From positions 480,001 to 544,000 of the forward strand of contig CAVSHB010000003.1 in assembly GCA_963727775.1 (NCBI GenBank): 64,000 nucleotides of DNA. Reading direction: 5' to 3'. This document shows positions 45,360-55,161 of the stretch, piece after piece (the first letter of the stretch is position 1; each line of letters begins with the position of its first letter). Under the pieces are notes generated by a model, which ran no database searches, was not told the origin of the DNA, and was given only the letters and a program-made list of their open reading frames with translations. The position numbers and the translations under genes were made by a program. The DNA is from an uncultured Nitrospiraceae bacterium. GTDB lineage: Bacteria; Nitrospirota; Thermodesulfovibrionia; Thermodesulfovibrionales; SM23-35.

Positions 45360-45475
45360 TTCAAGACCCTTTCCAGGCGGCTTAGATTTTTTCTGTGCTC
45401 AATATTGACATTCAGTATAGACTTGCGCAGTTTCTTAAGTTCTTCGCGGGACAAAGGCTTTGATATATCGTTCAT
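45360..45475 (-). pseudogene. Truncated N-terminal gene fragment (DUF1003-like by recollection)
   Basis: MNDISKPLSREELKKLRKSILNVNIEHRKNLSRLER then runs into the comM 3' end. Confidence 0.4.
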
Positions 45476-45486
45476 ATCTTTTCAGA

Positions 45487-45737
45487 TTATTTTTTTAATC
45501 TCTTGGAAATATAAACGCGCAACGGGCATTGGCAGAAATATAATTTTCCAAAGAAGATTGAGAACTTGCAATCTAATGAATGCATTCCAAGCACACAAGA
45601 AAAGAGTCTAATCCGATATTCTTGGCCTTGCAAATATCTGTCAATCCGGATGTATAACATATACACCCCTTCGGGCATCTGAGTCCATCGATGATATCTT
45701 CTATCTTTTCTTGAACTTCTTTTTGCAAATGTATCAT
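45487..45737 (-). pseudogene. Frameshifted small Cys-rich protein
   Basis: MIHLQKE...CPKGCIC...C.AKNIG...CLE in one frame and DCKFS..FG...CQCPLRVYISKRLKK* in another. Confidence 0.6.
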
Positions 45738-45857
45738 GTAAGCCGCAAGCGAACTCGAATATTTAAATTAACTACTATAATTATAATATATTTTGAATAT
45801 ATTGTTAATAAAAATATTTTTGGCTATGTTCTTTCCGTGCCTTGACAAACACCTTAA

Positions 45858-47478
45858 CCCAAAAAATGCAGTTGACCTAAAATAATATCCCCAAAGAAAT
45901 TCTCCTTTCGTATTAGAATCAATAGGTTTGACCGACCATCAACTCTAAACGAAAGGAGAATAGAAATATGCAGTCAAAATGTAGCACAAACATTGAAATA
46001 AATAAAGTGAGGATTGGATTTACGGAGAAGAAGCTGACTGCATATGGGGGCTTCAGTTTATTGGCGGCATTCTTTGAAAAGGTCAAATTGAGAGGGATAT
46101 TGCAAGAGGTGATTCCGGTCCATGAGAGTTTGCCCAATGGAATGGGGATATACAGCAAGGTATTGGCGTACATACTTCTGATCTATGCGGGAGGCAGCAG
46201 GTTTTCTCATCTGCTTTATCTTGGCTGGCAGGAGATTTTCACTGATCTTTTTGCAGTGAAGAGGCTTCCTCTAGCCTCGACGACATTGGGCAGGCTTTTC
46301 AGGAAGATCAGGAAACTGAAGGATGTGGAAGAGATGTCGGAGGGGTTATGGGGATACTTGAAGAAATTGATTCCCTGGGAGGAGCTCAAAGAGGACTGGT
46401 TGACGTTTGATTCTACAGTCCTTGAGAGATACGGCAAACAGGAGGGGGCAAAGAGGGGATATAACCCGAAGAAGAAGGGCCGTGGTAGCCACAGCCCGCT
46501 TCTGGCATTTCTGAACAAGAGCAAATATGTGGTGCATCTGTGGAATCGTCCGGGCAATGTGATGTCATGGAATAATATCATTGGATTTTTCGAGTCCACA
46601 TGGCAGAGGATCAGCGAGCATATTGATATTAAGGGTGTTATTGCGGACAGCGGATTTTATCTCAGGGAATTTATCGAGCTTTTGGAGCGGAGAAAATTAA
46701 TCTATATCATAGCCGCTCGTCTGTACCATCCTTTGCAGAGAATGGTTTATGCACAACAAAATTGGCAGCAGATAGAGGATGGAATATGGATCACGGAGTT
46801 TCTTTTTCAGCATGCGGATTGGATAACCGACAGGAGATTCATTGCAGTTCGGCAGGATATAAAGAAGAGACCGCACGCGATGGGAAAGGAGCTGTCTCTC
46901 TTTGGAGATGAGTTTGATACAGGTAACTATCGTTATAGCGTATGGATAACCAATTCGCATGATCCTGCATATGAGGTATGGAAGCAGTGCAGGCCGAGGG
47001 CAAACGATGAAAACACTATCAAGGAACTGAAAGAGGATTTTGCGCTTGGTGGGTTCTCGATGAAGTATTTCTATTCAACAGAGGCGGCGATGCTTATCCG
47101 GGTATTCATCTACAATCTGTTTGTCCTGTTTCGACATCAGATACTGGGGCAGCAAGAAAAGATAGAACGCTTGAAGACCTTGCGGTATAAGTATTTTGTA
47201 CTCCCCGCTCATTTGGGATGGGATGGCAGGAAGCCTGTATTGCGAATATCCGTCTTTACGCAGAAAGTACGATCAAAACTGTTATACCTCTTTAACCGCA
47301 TAGGACAATACTTTCCGCCCGGTATCGGTATTTGCACTGCAGTTGGAAGATGACAATAAAATTCAAAAGGAGATGTGCCAAGAAACAGTGCAAAGATTAG
47401 CTTTGCTAACGCTAATTCCGATAATGCCTTGATGGGCTTGTATCTACAGGTATGTCTTTTCTATCTGCACTTTTCGGG
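45858..47478 (+). mobile_element. IS1380-family insertion sequence, 1621 bp
   Basis: TIRs CCCAAAAAATGCAG / CTGCACTTTTCGGG; TTAA duplication at 45854-45857 and 47479-47482. Confidence 0.9.
45968..47353 (+). CDS. IS1380-family DDE transposase
   Basis: LTAYGG, DSTV...YG.QEGA..GYNP.K.G, RPGN, ADSGF and R...EN.IKELK. Confidence 0.93.
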   Translation: MQSKCSTNIEINKVRIGFTEKKLTAYGGFSLLAAFFEKVKLRGILQEVIPVHESLPNGMGIYSKVLAYILLIYAGGSRFSHLLYLGWQEIFTDLFAVKRLPLASTTLGRLFRKIRKLKDVEEMSEGLWGYLKKLIPWEELKEDWLTFDSTVLERYGKQEGAKRGYNPKKKGRGSHSPLLAFLNKSKYVVHLWNRPGNVMSWNNIIGFFESTWQRISEHIDIKGVIADSGFYLREFIELLERRKLIYIIAARLYHPLQRMVYAQQNWQQIEDGIWITEFLFQHADWITDRRFIAVRQDIKKRPHAMGKELSLFGDEFDTGNYRYSVWITNSHDPAYEVWKQCRPRANDENTIKELKEDFALGGFSMKYFYSTEAAMLIRVFIYNLFVLFRHQILGQQEKIERLKTLRYKYFVLPAHLGWDGRKPVLRISVFTQKVRSKLLYLFNRIGQYFPPGIGICTAVGR

Positions 47479-47501
47479 TTAAATGGGAGTATAAATAAAT
47501 T

Positions 47502-47665
47502 AAGAAGAGCGAGCTTACCAAAAGTGGTGGTCTTGCTACTCTCGAACTCAGCGAGAAGGTTGTAAAGTCGTTAGGACGTAAGTTGTAGACGTAAAAGTCT
47601 TAAGCTGTATGTCTCAGGATGCACAATCTGCTGAGAGATGAGAGTAAGCAAGTACCACTTTTTTT
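47502..47665 (+). ncRNA. Candidate rod-shaped ncRNA
   Basis: Five nested helices, 3' T-run, -10 box at 47490-47495. Confidence 0.5.
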
Positions 47666-47745
47666 ATTCAGTGCAGGCTACTCCCATATCAAAAACAAAA
47701 AACTCACGCTGCGAGAGTTGCAAACTGTTACAAACCTGAACCCGA

Positions 47746-49707
47746 CTAAAACAAGACACTGCTCTGGAAAAGCTTGTCTATCAGATTCTTATGATAGGAG
47801 GGAGTGAATATTCCTTTTTGCTCCATCGCCTTATAGTATTCATCAACAGAAATACCCCTCTCGAATTCTTTCAGGGTTAACTCGTAGGTTTAATATGGCA
47901 TAGCGAGAATTTCTGTGGAAAGGAATATGTAGACGGTTTTTTCGGGTTTGAGGCTGCCGACTCCTTCCTTATCTATCCTCTTAAGAAAATTGCCGAGATC
48001 AAGATAATCATGATCGTAAACTGAGATGAGATCGTGATTTAATTTCTGCTTTCCTGCATCAGAGAAGCTTCCCGGACCATATGATTTTCGCAGGACCTGG
48101 ATTTTCCTGATACAGAGATCTGTCAGGTCCTCGATGAACGGGATTTTTTCTGTAAGAGATTTATTGATTATTGTTCTTTTGATAGTATCGAGCAAGTCCT
48201 TATGATCCATGGATTTGAAGAGATGAACACCTTTCATTATATAGATAGAAATAATCTCTTCTAAAATATCTATTGTCAGCACATCAAGACATTTGAACAT
48301 AATATGAAATATCTCATGGAAGTATTTCTCAAGATCCTTTAAGACAAAGATCAGCGATTCGCATTTCAGGATCTCAGTTCCGGAGAGACTCCGGGGCATA
48401 TAGACGCAAAGATTGTCAACGGGGAACCCAAGTTCATTAATGTTTCTCATGGATTTTATAAGGGTATCGAAATTTTTACGGTCCTCAATATAATCCTCCC
48501 AGTAGCGGCTTGCGATATCGGTGGAGAGATGATCATAGAAAATATTTACGTTTGCAAAATTCTCACGGAACAGATCGTGTTTCAACCGGAAAATACCCGC
48601 GATCTCCTTCTTCATCTCCTGATAGGTAACTGCCGTCTCATGATACCGGCTGAAAAAGACAGAGATGTTGACACCGTCTCCGAGATGTTTGTTGACAAGT
48701 CTGATGTTCTTCTTCATCTCTTTAATGGAATAATAGACGCTTCCGTTCTTTATGCTTTTTCTTCCCTCATCATCAATGACCTCGGGCGACACTTCGAAAA
48801 CAGGCTTCATATCTCCCAATGAGACAAACAGTTCTTCATATAAATCCAGGAATTCTCCGTCAAGGAGTTCCCATGCGCCATAATTCAAATGGAATGTTTT
48901 TATCAAAGATTGTTCTTCTTTCATAGCATTGAAAAGCGTCTTTATATAGTCCTTGTCATTCTCATAGCACAGATAAATCCTTCTCGTAAAATCCTTAAGG
49001 CGCTTCAGGTCTGCAACAACAGCATCGACGGATCTGTTCACCGGGGTACCCCTCGCACTGTGCGACCTGAAAGCTGTACAGCTACCGCCGCAATAACGGC
49101 AGCTATGAGCGCATCCCCTGCCGATGAATATGGGGACCCCAAGTTTCTTATCTATTGCATCAAGATATAATTGATGGTCGTAAAGATAAGTTAATTCACT
49201 GAAAGAAATGTCAGAGAGAGTTTCCTGATCAATAAAATAATTCACCTCATTGGATCGGATACCGGATGCACTTCTATAAATCAAATTCGGAACATCAGGA
49301 GGTTCTACGCCCTTCAATAAAAGTTCAATTGGCTTTTCGGGATCGCCCTTTATAACAAAATCCAGAAACCGGCACTTTTCGAGCAGGTTCTCGCCAAAGT
49401 ATCCGGCTGTGAATCCTCCGCTTAAGATTTTAATATCTTTATTGAAAGATTCAATCTGTTCACCAACCCGGAGGAAATCTTCTGCAGTCTCCTGCCAGTG
49501 AAGGATGACCCCGACATGTGTCGGTTGAAACAATTCCAGATAATGTTTTAAAATCTCACCTATTTCGGTTTCTTCGTAGACTGCCAGATTCACTATTTTT
49601 GCCGGGATATTTTTTTTGCTCAAGTAGTCACAAAGCCCGAAGCTCCCCATGGGGACATAAAAGAAATGTTCATTTGGACAGTTGATGATGAGAATTCTTG
49701 ATTTCAT
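47746..49707 (-). pseudogene. B12-binding radical SAM protein with an internal TAA at 47890-47892
   Basis: GGFTA B12-domain motif and GRGCAHSCRYC; frame continues 47 codons past the TAA. Confidence 0.7.
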
Positions 49708-49902
49708 AAGTCTAATGTTATGAGTTGTTGAACTGGCAATCCTACGCAGTATTATACCACCCGAGGGATACCCCTTAGAACCCTCGACGCAAATTTACTA
49801 CAGTAATAAAAGGTGGAAATTGGAATCATAATTTCTGCTTTGTTTTTCACTAAAAATGTAGCAGTATTAACAAAAAGTTAAACGCATAGAAAGAAGAGAG
49901 AA

Positions 49903-51237
49903 TTGCAATTACAAATTGATTTACCTGGGATAAAAGTACTTGACGATACTAAATTCAGGAACGGAAAGAAGAACAAACTACACCCTAATGACAGCATGTT
50001 TCATGATTGGTATCGTTTTGTTCTTTCTTTTCCCCCCCATTTAGTCCAGCATTACATACACAAATTCAATATCGATAAAAGCAAAGTAATACTGGACCCA
50101 TTCTGCGGGACCGGAACGACCATAGTAGAGTCAAAGCTCAATAGAATACCTGCAATCGGCATTGAAGCAAATCCGTTTGCACATTTTGCAACCTCTGTAA
50201 AGACCGACTGGAGCATTAAGGGAGAAGAACTTGAGGCAATGGCTCATGAGGTTGCATCTGAAGCAGTAGAGGAACTCAAGTGCGAAGGCATTCATGAAGC
50301 TCCTATTCTTGGAGGTAATGTCTCGGAACTCAATCTGAACACGGTTGACACAGACGCACAAAAACTACTCATCACAAACTCCATAAGTCCCCTTCCATTG
50401 CATAAAACACTAAGACTGTTGAACATTCTTAAACGATACAAAGATCATCCATGCTTTAACCATGCGCTATTAGCGCTGGCAAATGCGCTGGTTTTTAAAA
50501 TAAGCAACCTCAAATTTGGGCCGGAGGTTGGAGTTGGCAAACCGAAATTGGATTATCCGGTTATTAGCTCCTGGTTAGGGGAAATCGCTAAAATCGCGAG
50601 AGACGTTGCCTCGATCGAAGGAAACGCGTACTCGCCATGCAGAGCAATTTTGGGTGATTCTCGCCAAATCAGCAAATTGCTTGACCATAACAGTGTTGAT
50701 GTTGTGATAACATCTCCGCCCTATCCAAATGAAAAGGACTATACCAGAACAACGAGGCTGGAATCAGTCATATTAGGATTCATAAATAATTTGGAGGAGC
50801 TGAGAAAATTCAAAAAGACCCTAATTCGTTCAAATACCCGTGGAATCTATAAAGACGATGAAGATGATAAATGGGGTGAAAACAACGAAAGCGTTTTAAG
50901 GCTCGCTGAAATGATCGAAAGAAAAAGAATTCAACTGGAAAAAACTTCCGGTTTCGAGAAACTCTACAGTCGGGTTACTGTTCAGTATTTCGGGGGAATG
51001 GCTAAACATTTTGCCGATCTGCGCCATGTCTTAAAGAAGGGTGCGCTTTTGGCTTACGTTGTAGGCGATCGGGCTTCTTATTTTAAGGTAATGATTCGCA
51101 CCGGTAAACTGTTAGCAGAGATCGCTCAATCGTTGGGATATGAGTTGGCAGAAATCGAGTTGTTCCGCACGAGATTTGCTACTGCAACCTCATCTCAATT
51201 GAGAGAAGAGGTTGTTATCCTGCGTTGGCCTGGATAG
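49903..51237 (+). CDS. DNA methyltransferase (N4-cytosine type)
   Basis: LDPFCGTGT motif I followed by ITSPPY motif IV. Confidence 0.88.
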   Translation: MQLQIDLPGIKVLDDTKFRNGKKNKLHPNDSMFHDWYRFVLSFPPHLVQHYIHKFNIDKSKVILDPFCGTGTTIVESKLNRIPAIGIEANPFAHFATSVKTDWSIKGEELEAMAHEVASEAVEELKCEGIHEAPILGGNVSELNLNTVDTDAQKLLITNSISPLPLHKTLRLLNILKRYKDHPCFNHALLALANALVFKISNLKFGPEVGVGKPKLDYPVISSWLGEIAKIARDVASIEGNAYSPCRAILGDSRQISKLLDHNSVDVVITSPPYPNEKDYTRTTRLESVILGFINNLEELRKFKKTLIRSNTRGIYKDDEDDKWGENNESVLRLAEMIERKRIQLEKTSGFEKLYSRVTVQYFGGMAKHFADLRHVLKKGALLAYVVGDRASYFKVMIRTGKLLAEIAQSLGYELAEIELFRTRFATATSSQLREEVVILRWPG

Positions 51238-51246
51238 GGAGGCTGA

Positions 51247-51622
51247 TTGAAGAAGAACCGTGCAGAACCATCTAAGAACAACAGCACCCCAGATCGGCCA
51301 GGTGGAAACAGATGAAATTTATATCGGAATCGATAAGAGAGGAGCACACTACGTTCTCCCGGTTCAAGCTAAAGGCGGAACAGACAAGCTTGGAATTGTG
51401 CAATTTGAACAGGACTTGGCAGTCTGCCTCGCAAAATTTCCGAATCTGATATGTAAGTTAATTGCTGCACAATTCATGCGAGACAACATCATAGCTATTT
51501 TTGAACTGGAAGATTCCGAAGCCGGAATCGTCATAGTCTCAGAGAAGCACTATAGGCTTGTGCCGCCCGAGGAACTTTCCCCTGAAGATTTAAAGAAATA
51601 CAGTCTGCGTTCTGCTGATTAA
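51247..51622 (+). pseudogene. Internally deleted PD-(D/E)xK endonuclease
   Basis: RBS + TTG MKKNR, then out-of-frame QNHLRTT..QVETDEIY..PVQAKGG C-terminal part. Confidence 0.6.
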
Positions 51623-51644
51623 GTTCGGTAATACAGACAAATTA

Positions 51645-51825
51645 ATGGTAAAAAAAAATGATTCAATTCTCGACCTGTTGGCCCTCTTTCCGTGGTGGGT
51701 TAGTGTTGCGTTATCTGGCAGTTCATATCTGATTCTGGAATACTTCATTCCCACAATTGAGTTTCAGCAAAAAGGGCCAGAAGACATGACATATATGCTT
51801 TTCAAAGGACTGGCTAACGCCGCGC
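51645..51825 (+). pseudogene. N-terminal membrane segment of a truncated gene (Mrr-like by recollection)
   Basis: LDLLALFPWWVSVAL; the rest of ORF 51645-51959 is antisense hicA sequence. Confidence 0.45.
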
Positions 51826-52028
51826 TTAAGGTCGATCAGCATTTTTTAAAATGCTTTTCAAGACTTTTGGATGAAGGATATCTCCGGAATGGTAGGGTAC
51901 CGTTACTCTCCTCCCAGATTTATTTTTATAAATTTTGGAGCTTTCACTTTGACGGCTAAGAAAGAACCCGGCTTTTTCTAAAGCCCTTATAATATCTGTG
52001 GGAGTTATTCGCGGGGCTTTTCACTCAT
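51823..52028 (-). pseudogene. hicA: Inactivated hicA toxin copy
   Basis: Aligns to 55848-56075; 1-bp deletion near codon 4, GSH changed to ESS, 3' deletion. Confidence 0.88.
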
Positions 52029-52249
52029 ACCGCAACTTCTAAGGAAGTTAGGCTCACTGATTCGGCTTGCGGTATTTCTTCACCGGATGCAATCCGATCT
52101 TCGATATGAAGACGTATAGCATCCCTGACGTTTTTTAAAACCTCTTCATAGGTATCACCCTGGGTATAACAGCCTTGAAGTTCAGGGCAAAAGGCAAAAT
52201 ATCCTTCTTCCTTTTTTTCTATCACTACCGAGAATCTATATCCAGCCAT
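52025..52249 (-). CDS. hicB: HicB antitoxin (short form), copy 1
   Basis: CPELQGC.TQGDT.EE; two aa differences from 56072-56296. Confidence 0.9.
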   Translation of the reverse strand: MAGYRFSVVIEKKEEGYFAFCPELQGCYTQGDTYEEVLKNVRDAIRLHIEDRIASGEEIPQAESVSLTSLEVAV

Positions 52250-52376
52250 ATTACAAACCTCTACAAATATCTATATTTATTCTATAGAAAACCGAGCATA
52301 AAAAGAAGCAACTCAAAAAATCGCTTGAGACATCTGTATAGACACTTGGTTAAAATCGTTCACTGAAGAATCCTGC

Positions 52377-52438
52377 AAGTCCTTGAAAAATATGGTACCC
52401 CCTGCAGGAATTGAACCTGCGACACCAGGTTTAGGAAA
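52377..52438. repeat. att repeat: 3' part of tRNA-Arg plus flank
   Basis: 62-bp exact match to 57983-58044. Confidence 0.95.
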
Positions 52439-52960
52439 TTCATCACGTAGAAATCAGTCTAATCCTTCCAAAAAGTCAAAGTAATTAACCGGTTGTAATT
52501 AAAAGAAAATCTCAATAGGGTTTGTTGATCCCTGTTGACGCATATCCGTGGAAATCAGCAGAAATTGATCTTCTATGGACACCTATATGGACACCCGATT
52601 GGTTAATGAAAAAATAGGACATGTTGCATGGAACAAATGCTATTGAGCCAAAGGAGCAGCCGGAAAGGGCAGTTTGCGAAGCTCTGCCCTCCGGCTGCCC
52701 TTTGCGTAGACCAGTTGAGCAATGTGAAGAACAAAAAAGAATTACACCATTAGAAGCAAAACCCGTTTGTTGGACTGATGCAAGGAAAGATTCACAAACA
52801 GTTATCGGCGCTGATGCAAGACCCAGGAAGCATGTTAGAAACAGAGAGGGATTAAAGTCACAAGCGCCGTGGTTACCAGGGAACAGATACTTTAAAGAGA
52901 AAAGTTTCTCTATAGCCCGATTGATTGGATACGAAAGTGCTTATAGACGGTGCCTTTTTA

Positions 52961-52990
52961 TTCGTACAGTGCTATGTAACACTGTACGAA
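52961..52990. other. Candidate double-strand origin hairpin
   Basis: Perfect 11-bp stem TTCGTACAGTG / CACTGTACGAA, 24 nt before the rep ATG. Confidence 0.55.
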
Positions 52991-53014
52991 AGTCCCATAT
53001 ACGGGAATTTTCCC

Positions 53015-54196
53015 ATGTTTGATACCTTGGGTTTTTACATTCGCATAACCGAGGCTGATTACAAGAAATTGCTCCGTCAAGGCACTATGACGGCACGTCA
53101 AAACATGAAAACAGATTTTTTGGAATTTTGCTATACGAACTTTAAAACATCTCACTCGTACGATTATCAAGTCCAGTGGCGCATTGATAACAAACATTAT
53201 GAAACGTCTGATAAGGGCAAGGGTTGCATACAAGTAACTGGAGAGCCTTATTTAAGGCTTGAATTCTCAGCGCCAAAGATTTTACTTGGACATAACGTTG
53301 ATTCTATAGATCAGGAATCAATGCTTGAAGCTTGTTTAATGGTCCAGAATATGTTTGAAGCAATGACCGGCGTTATTCTGCCAAGGCCCGGTGAATGGTT
53401 CCTATATCGAATGGATATCTGTGCTAACTATATTTTTAATTCTCTGTCTGAGGTTCCTGCCTATATTCGATATCTTCAGCGTCTTGATTATCCCCGTAGG
53501 CTTCCGTCACTTTACAAAGATAAGGGTTTGTATTTTGCATCGAGGCATAACACCTTAAAGATTTATGCAAAAGGGCCTGAGTTCAAGGCTCACGATTTGT
53601 GCCGCTTCTCTCAAAATAAAAATACCACTGACAATGCTTTGTCTCTTGACGGTAAGCTCCTGCAGAGAAGAGCAAACAATATTTTAAGGTTTGAGGTAGA
53701 ATTAAAAAACCGATTGCGCTATTTGATAGCACAATGGGAATTTAAACATGAAACGCTTATACTAAAATTCAAGCATTGGCCTCAATTTTGCGATGCACTG
53801 GAAATAATTGACGGGTGCAAGGAAATGGAGATGGTTATGAAAAAGTTTTTGATAGGCGAAGAAACAAAGGTTATGAGGTCGGATGACGTAATGCAAAAAC
53901 TGGAATCTATTTACGGTAGGCGTGCGGCGCGGAGTTATTTTGCTACTTATGTGCAGTTGGTTACTTTGGGGCAAGCTGAAGTAAAGAGACGGGTTCCTAA
54001 GACGACATATTACAATGCGTGCAAGGCGTTTAGAGATTGTAATATCTCAATTATTGTATCGGATGTAAAGATCGATGAAAACTTTAAGGAATCTACGGAG
54101 TCTGGTTTATTCGGTAGGGGTTTTCCTTCTGACTTTTCGTTAGAGATGTCGTCGAAGAATAAGTATTATCAGATACCGTTAAATGTAGCGGCTTAA
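53015..54196 (+). CDS. Rolling-circle replication initiator, gene II/X family
   Basis: MFDT, SAPK..LGHNV, RMDI..NY, LYF...LKIYAKGPEF and LRFEVEL. Confidence 0.8.
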   Translation: MFDTLGFYIRITEADYKKLLRQGTMTARQNMKTDFLEFCYTNFKTSHSYDYQVQWRIDNKHYETSDKGKGCIQVTGEPYLRLEFSAPKILLGHNVDSIDQESMLEACLMVQNMFEAMTGVILPRPGEWFLYRMDICANYIFNSLSEVPAYIRYLQRLDYPRRLPSLYKDKGLYFASRHNTLKIYAKGPEFKAHDLCRFSQNKNTTDNALSLDGKLLQRRANNILRFEVELKNRLRYLIAQWEFKHETLILKFKHWPQFCDALEIIDGCKEMEMVMKKFLIGEETKVMRSDDVMQKLESIYGRRAARSYFATYVQLVTLGQAEVKRRVPKTTYYNACKAFRDCNISIIVSDVKIDENFKESTESGLFGRGFPSDFSLEMSSKNKYYQIPLNVAA

Positions 54197-54266
54197 AGGA
54201 ACGGCGTTAGAGATATTTGTCGAGTTCACCTCCTATGGAACGATTAGTTTGGCTGGATATGTTGTT

Positions 54267-55136
54267 TCATTTTAAGATATCAGGATTGTGGTCTATAAAG
54301 TCTACAACATGTTTGATTGTACGGGCATAACCGATTCCAGGGCTGATATAGATGTCAAGAGTCTTAATCAGTTCTTGTATTGCCTCTAACGGATTTACTC
54401 CCATTATAGCGATATTACCGTGCTTCCGCATCTCAATGATGTAATCGCTGAGTTCTTTTAACCCTTTTGATATGCCACCTTCGCGATTTGTGATTATCCC
54501 AATAACTTCACCTTGTTCGTTCAACAGTGCTCCGCCTGAGTTTCCCTTGTTGACCGGCGCTTCAATGCAAATGATGCTTTGGTTGTCAGTGATTCCAGAG
54601 ATCATTCCCTTGTGAGTAAGCATGGTAGGCGCATCAAGAGGATATCCACTGAAAACAATTTCCGATCCAACCGATGGAAGGGGCTTACCTCGAAGCAGGG
54701 GATTGGGAATAATTGAGGATTTTGGCTTATGCAGAAGCTTGAGTATTGCGAAATCTGCGGAAATGGGAACGAGTGATTGAGGTAATGGATCGACAAGCTT
54801 GATCGACCTCTCTGTTACCATCGGAGCAATGATCTGAGCAAGAATCACTTCTCCTGTTGCAAGAACAACAGAGATATCTGTCCCCAAAGTAATTTGGGCT
54901 TCTATTGGAGCCTTGCTCTTGTCAATATCCACTTTGCCGACCACGTGAAATGCTGTAATAACGTGCTCTGCATCGAGGAAAAAAGCAGTACCCGCTGAAC
55001 TCAGTGAAGGCACGTTAACGCGGACTGCGTTTGCCCGCGATGAACTGATTGGTTGTGTTTCCGCGCATAACTCGCTCTGAATGAAAAGCAATAAAGGCAG
55101 AACAAGCAATAATTGTTGCCACATTTTCATGGTCAA
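54267..55136 (-). CDS. Exported trypsin-like serine protease
   Basis: Signal peptide; TAFHV, DFAIL and GNSGG triad. Confidence 0.88.
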   Translation of the reverse strand: MTMKMWQQLLLVLPLLLFIQSELCAETQPISSSRANAVRVNVPSLSSAGTAFFLDAEHVITAFHVVGKVDIDKSKAPIEAQITLGTDISVVLATGEVILAQIIAPMVTERSIKLVDPLPQSLVPISADFAILKLLHKPKSSIIPNPLLRGKPLPSVGSEIVFSGYPLDAPTMLTHKGMISGITDNQSIICIEAPVNKGNSGGALLNEQGEVIGIITNREGGISKGLKELSDYIIEMRKHGNIAIMGVNPLEAIQELIKTLDIYISPGIGYARTIKHVVDFIDHNPDILK

Positions 55137-55161
55137 ATGACCTCCTGATTTATTTGAAAGT

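Noticed and set aside
47619..47807. 62-aa ORF as the target of the split promoter
   Set aside because: Starts inside the stem, crosses the T-run and overlaps the radical SAM tail
49710..49900. Left att site of the older island
   Set aside because: GATACCCC resembles the tRNA end too weakly to call
51645..51959. 104-aa ORF as an intact gene
   Set aside because: Its 3' part is antisense hicA pseudogene sequence, so it is a chimeric artefact
52621..53022. 133-aa ORF upstream of rep
   Set aside because: No recognisable motif and it overlaps the origin-like hairpins; left uncalled
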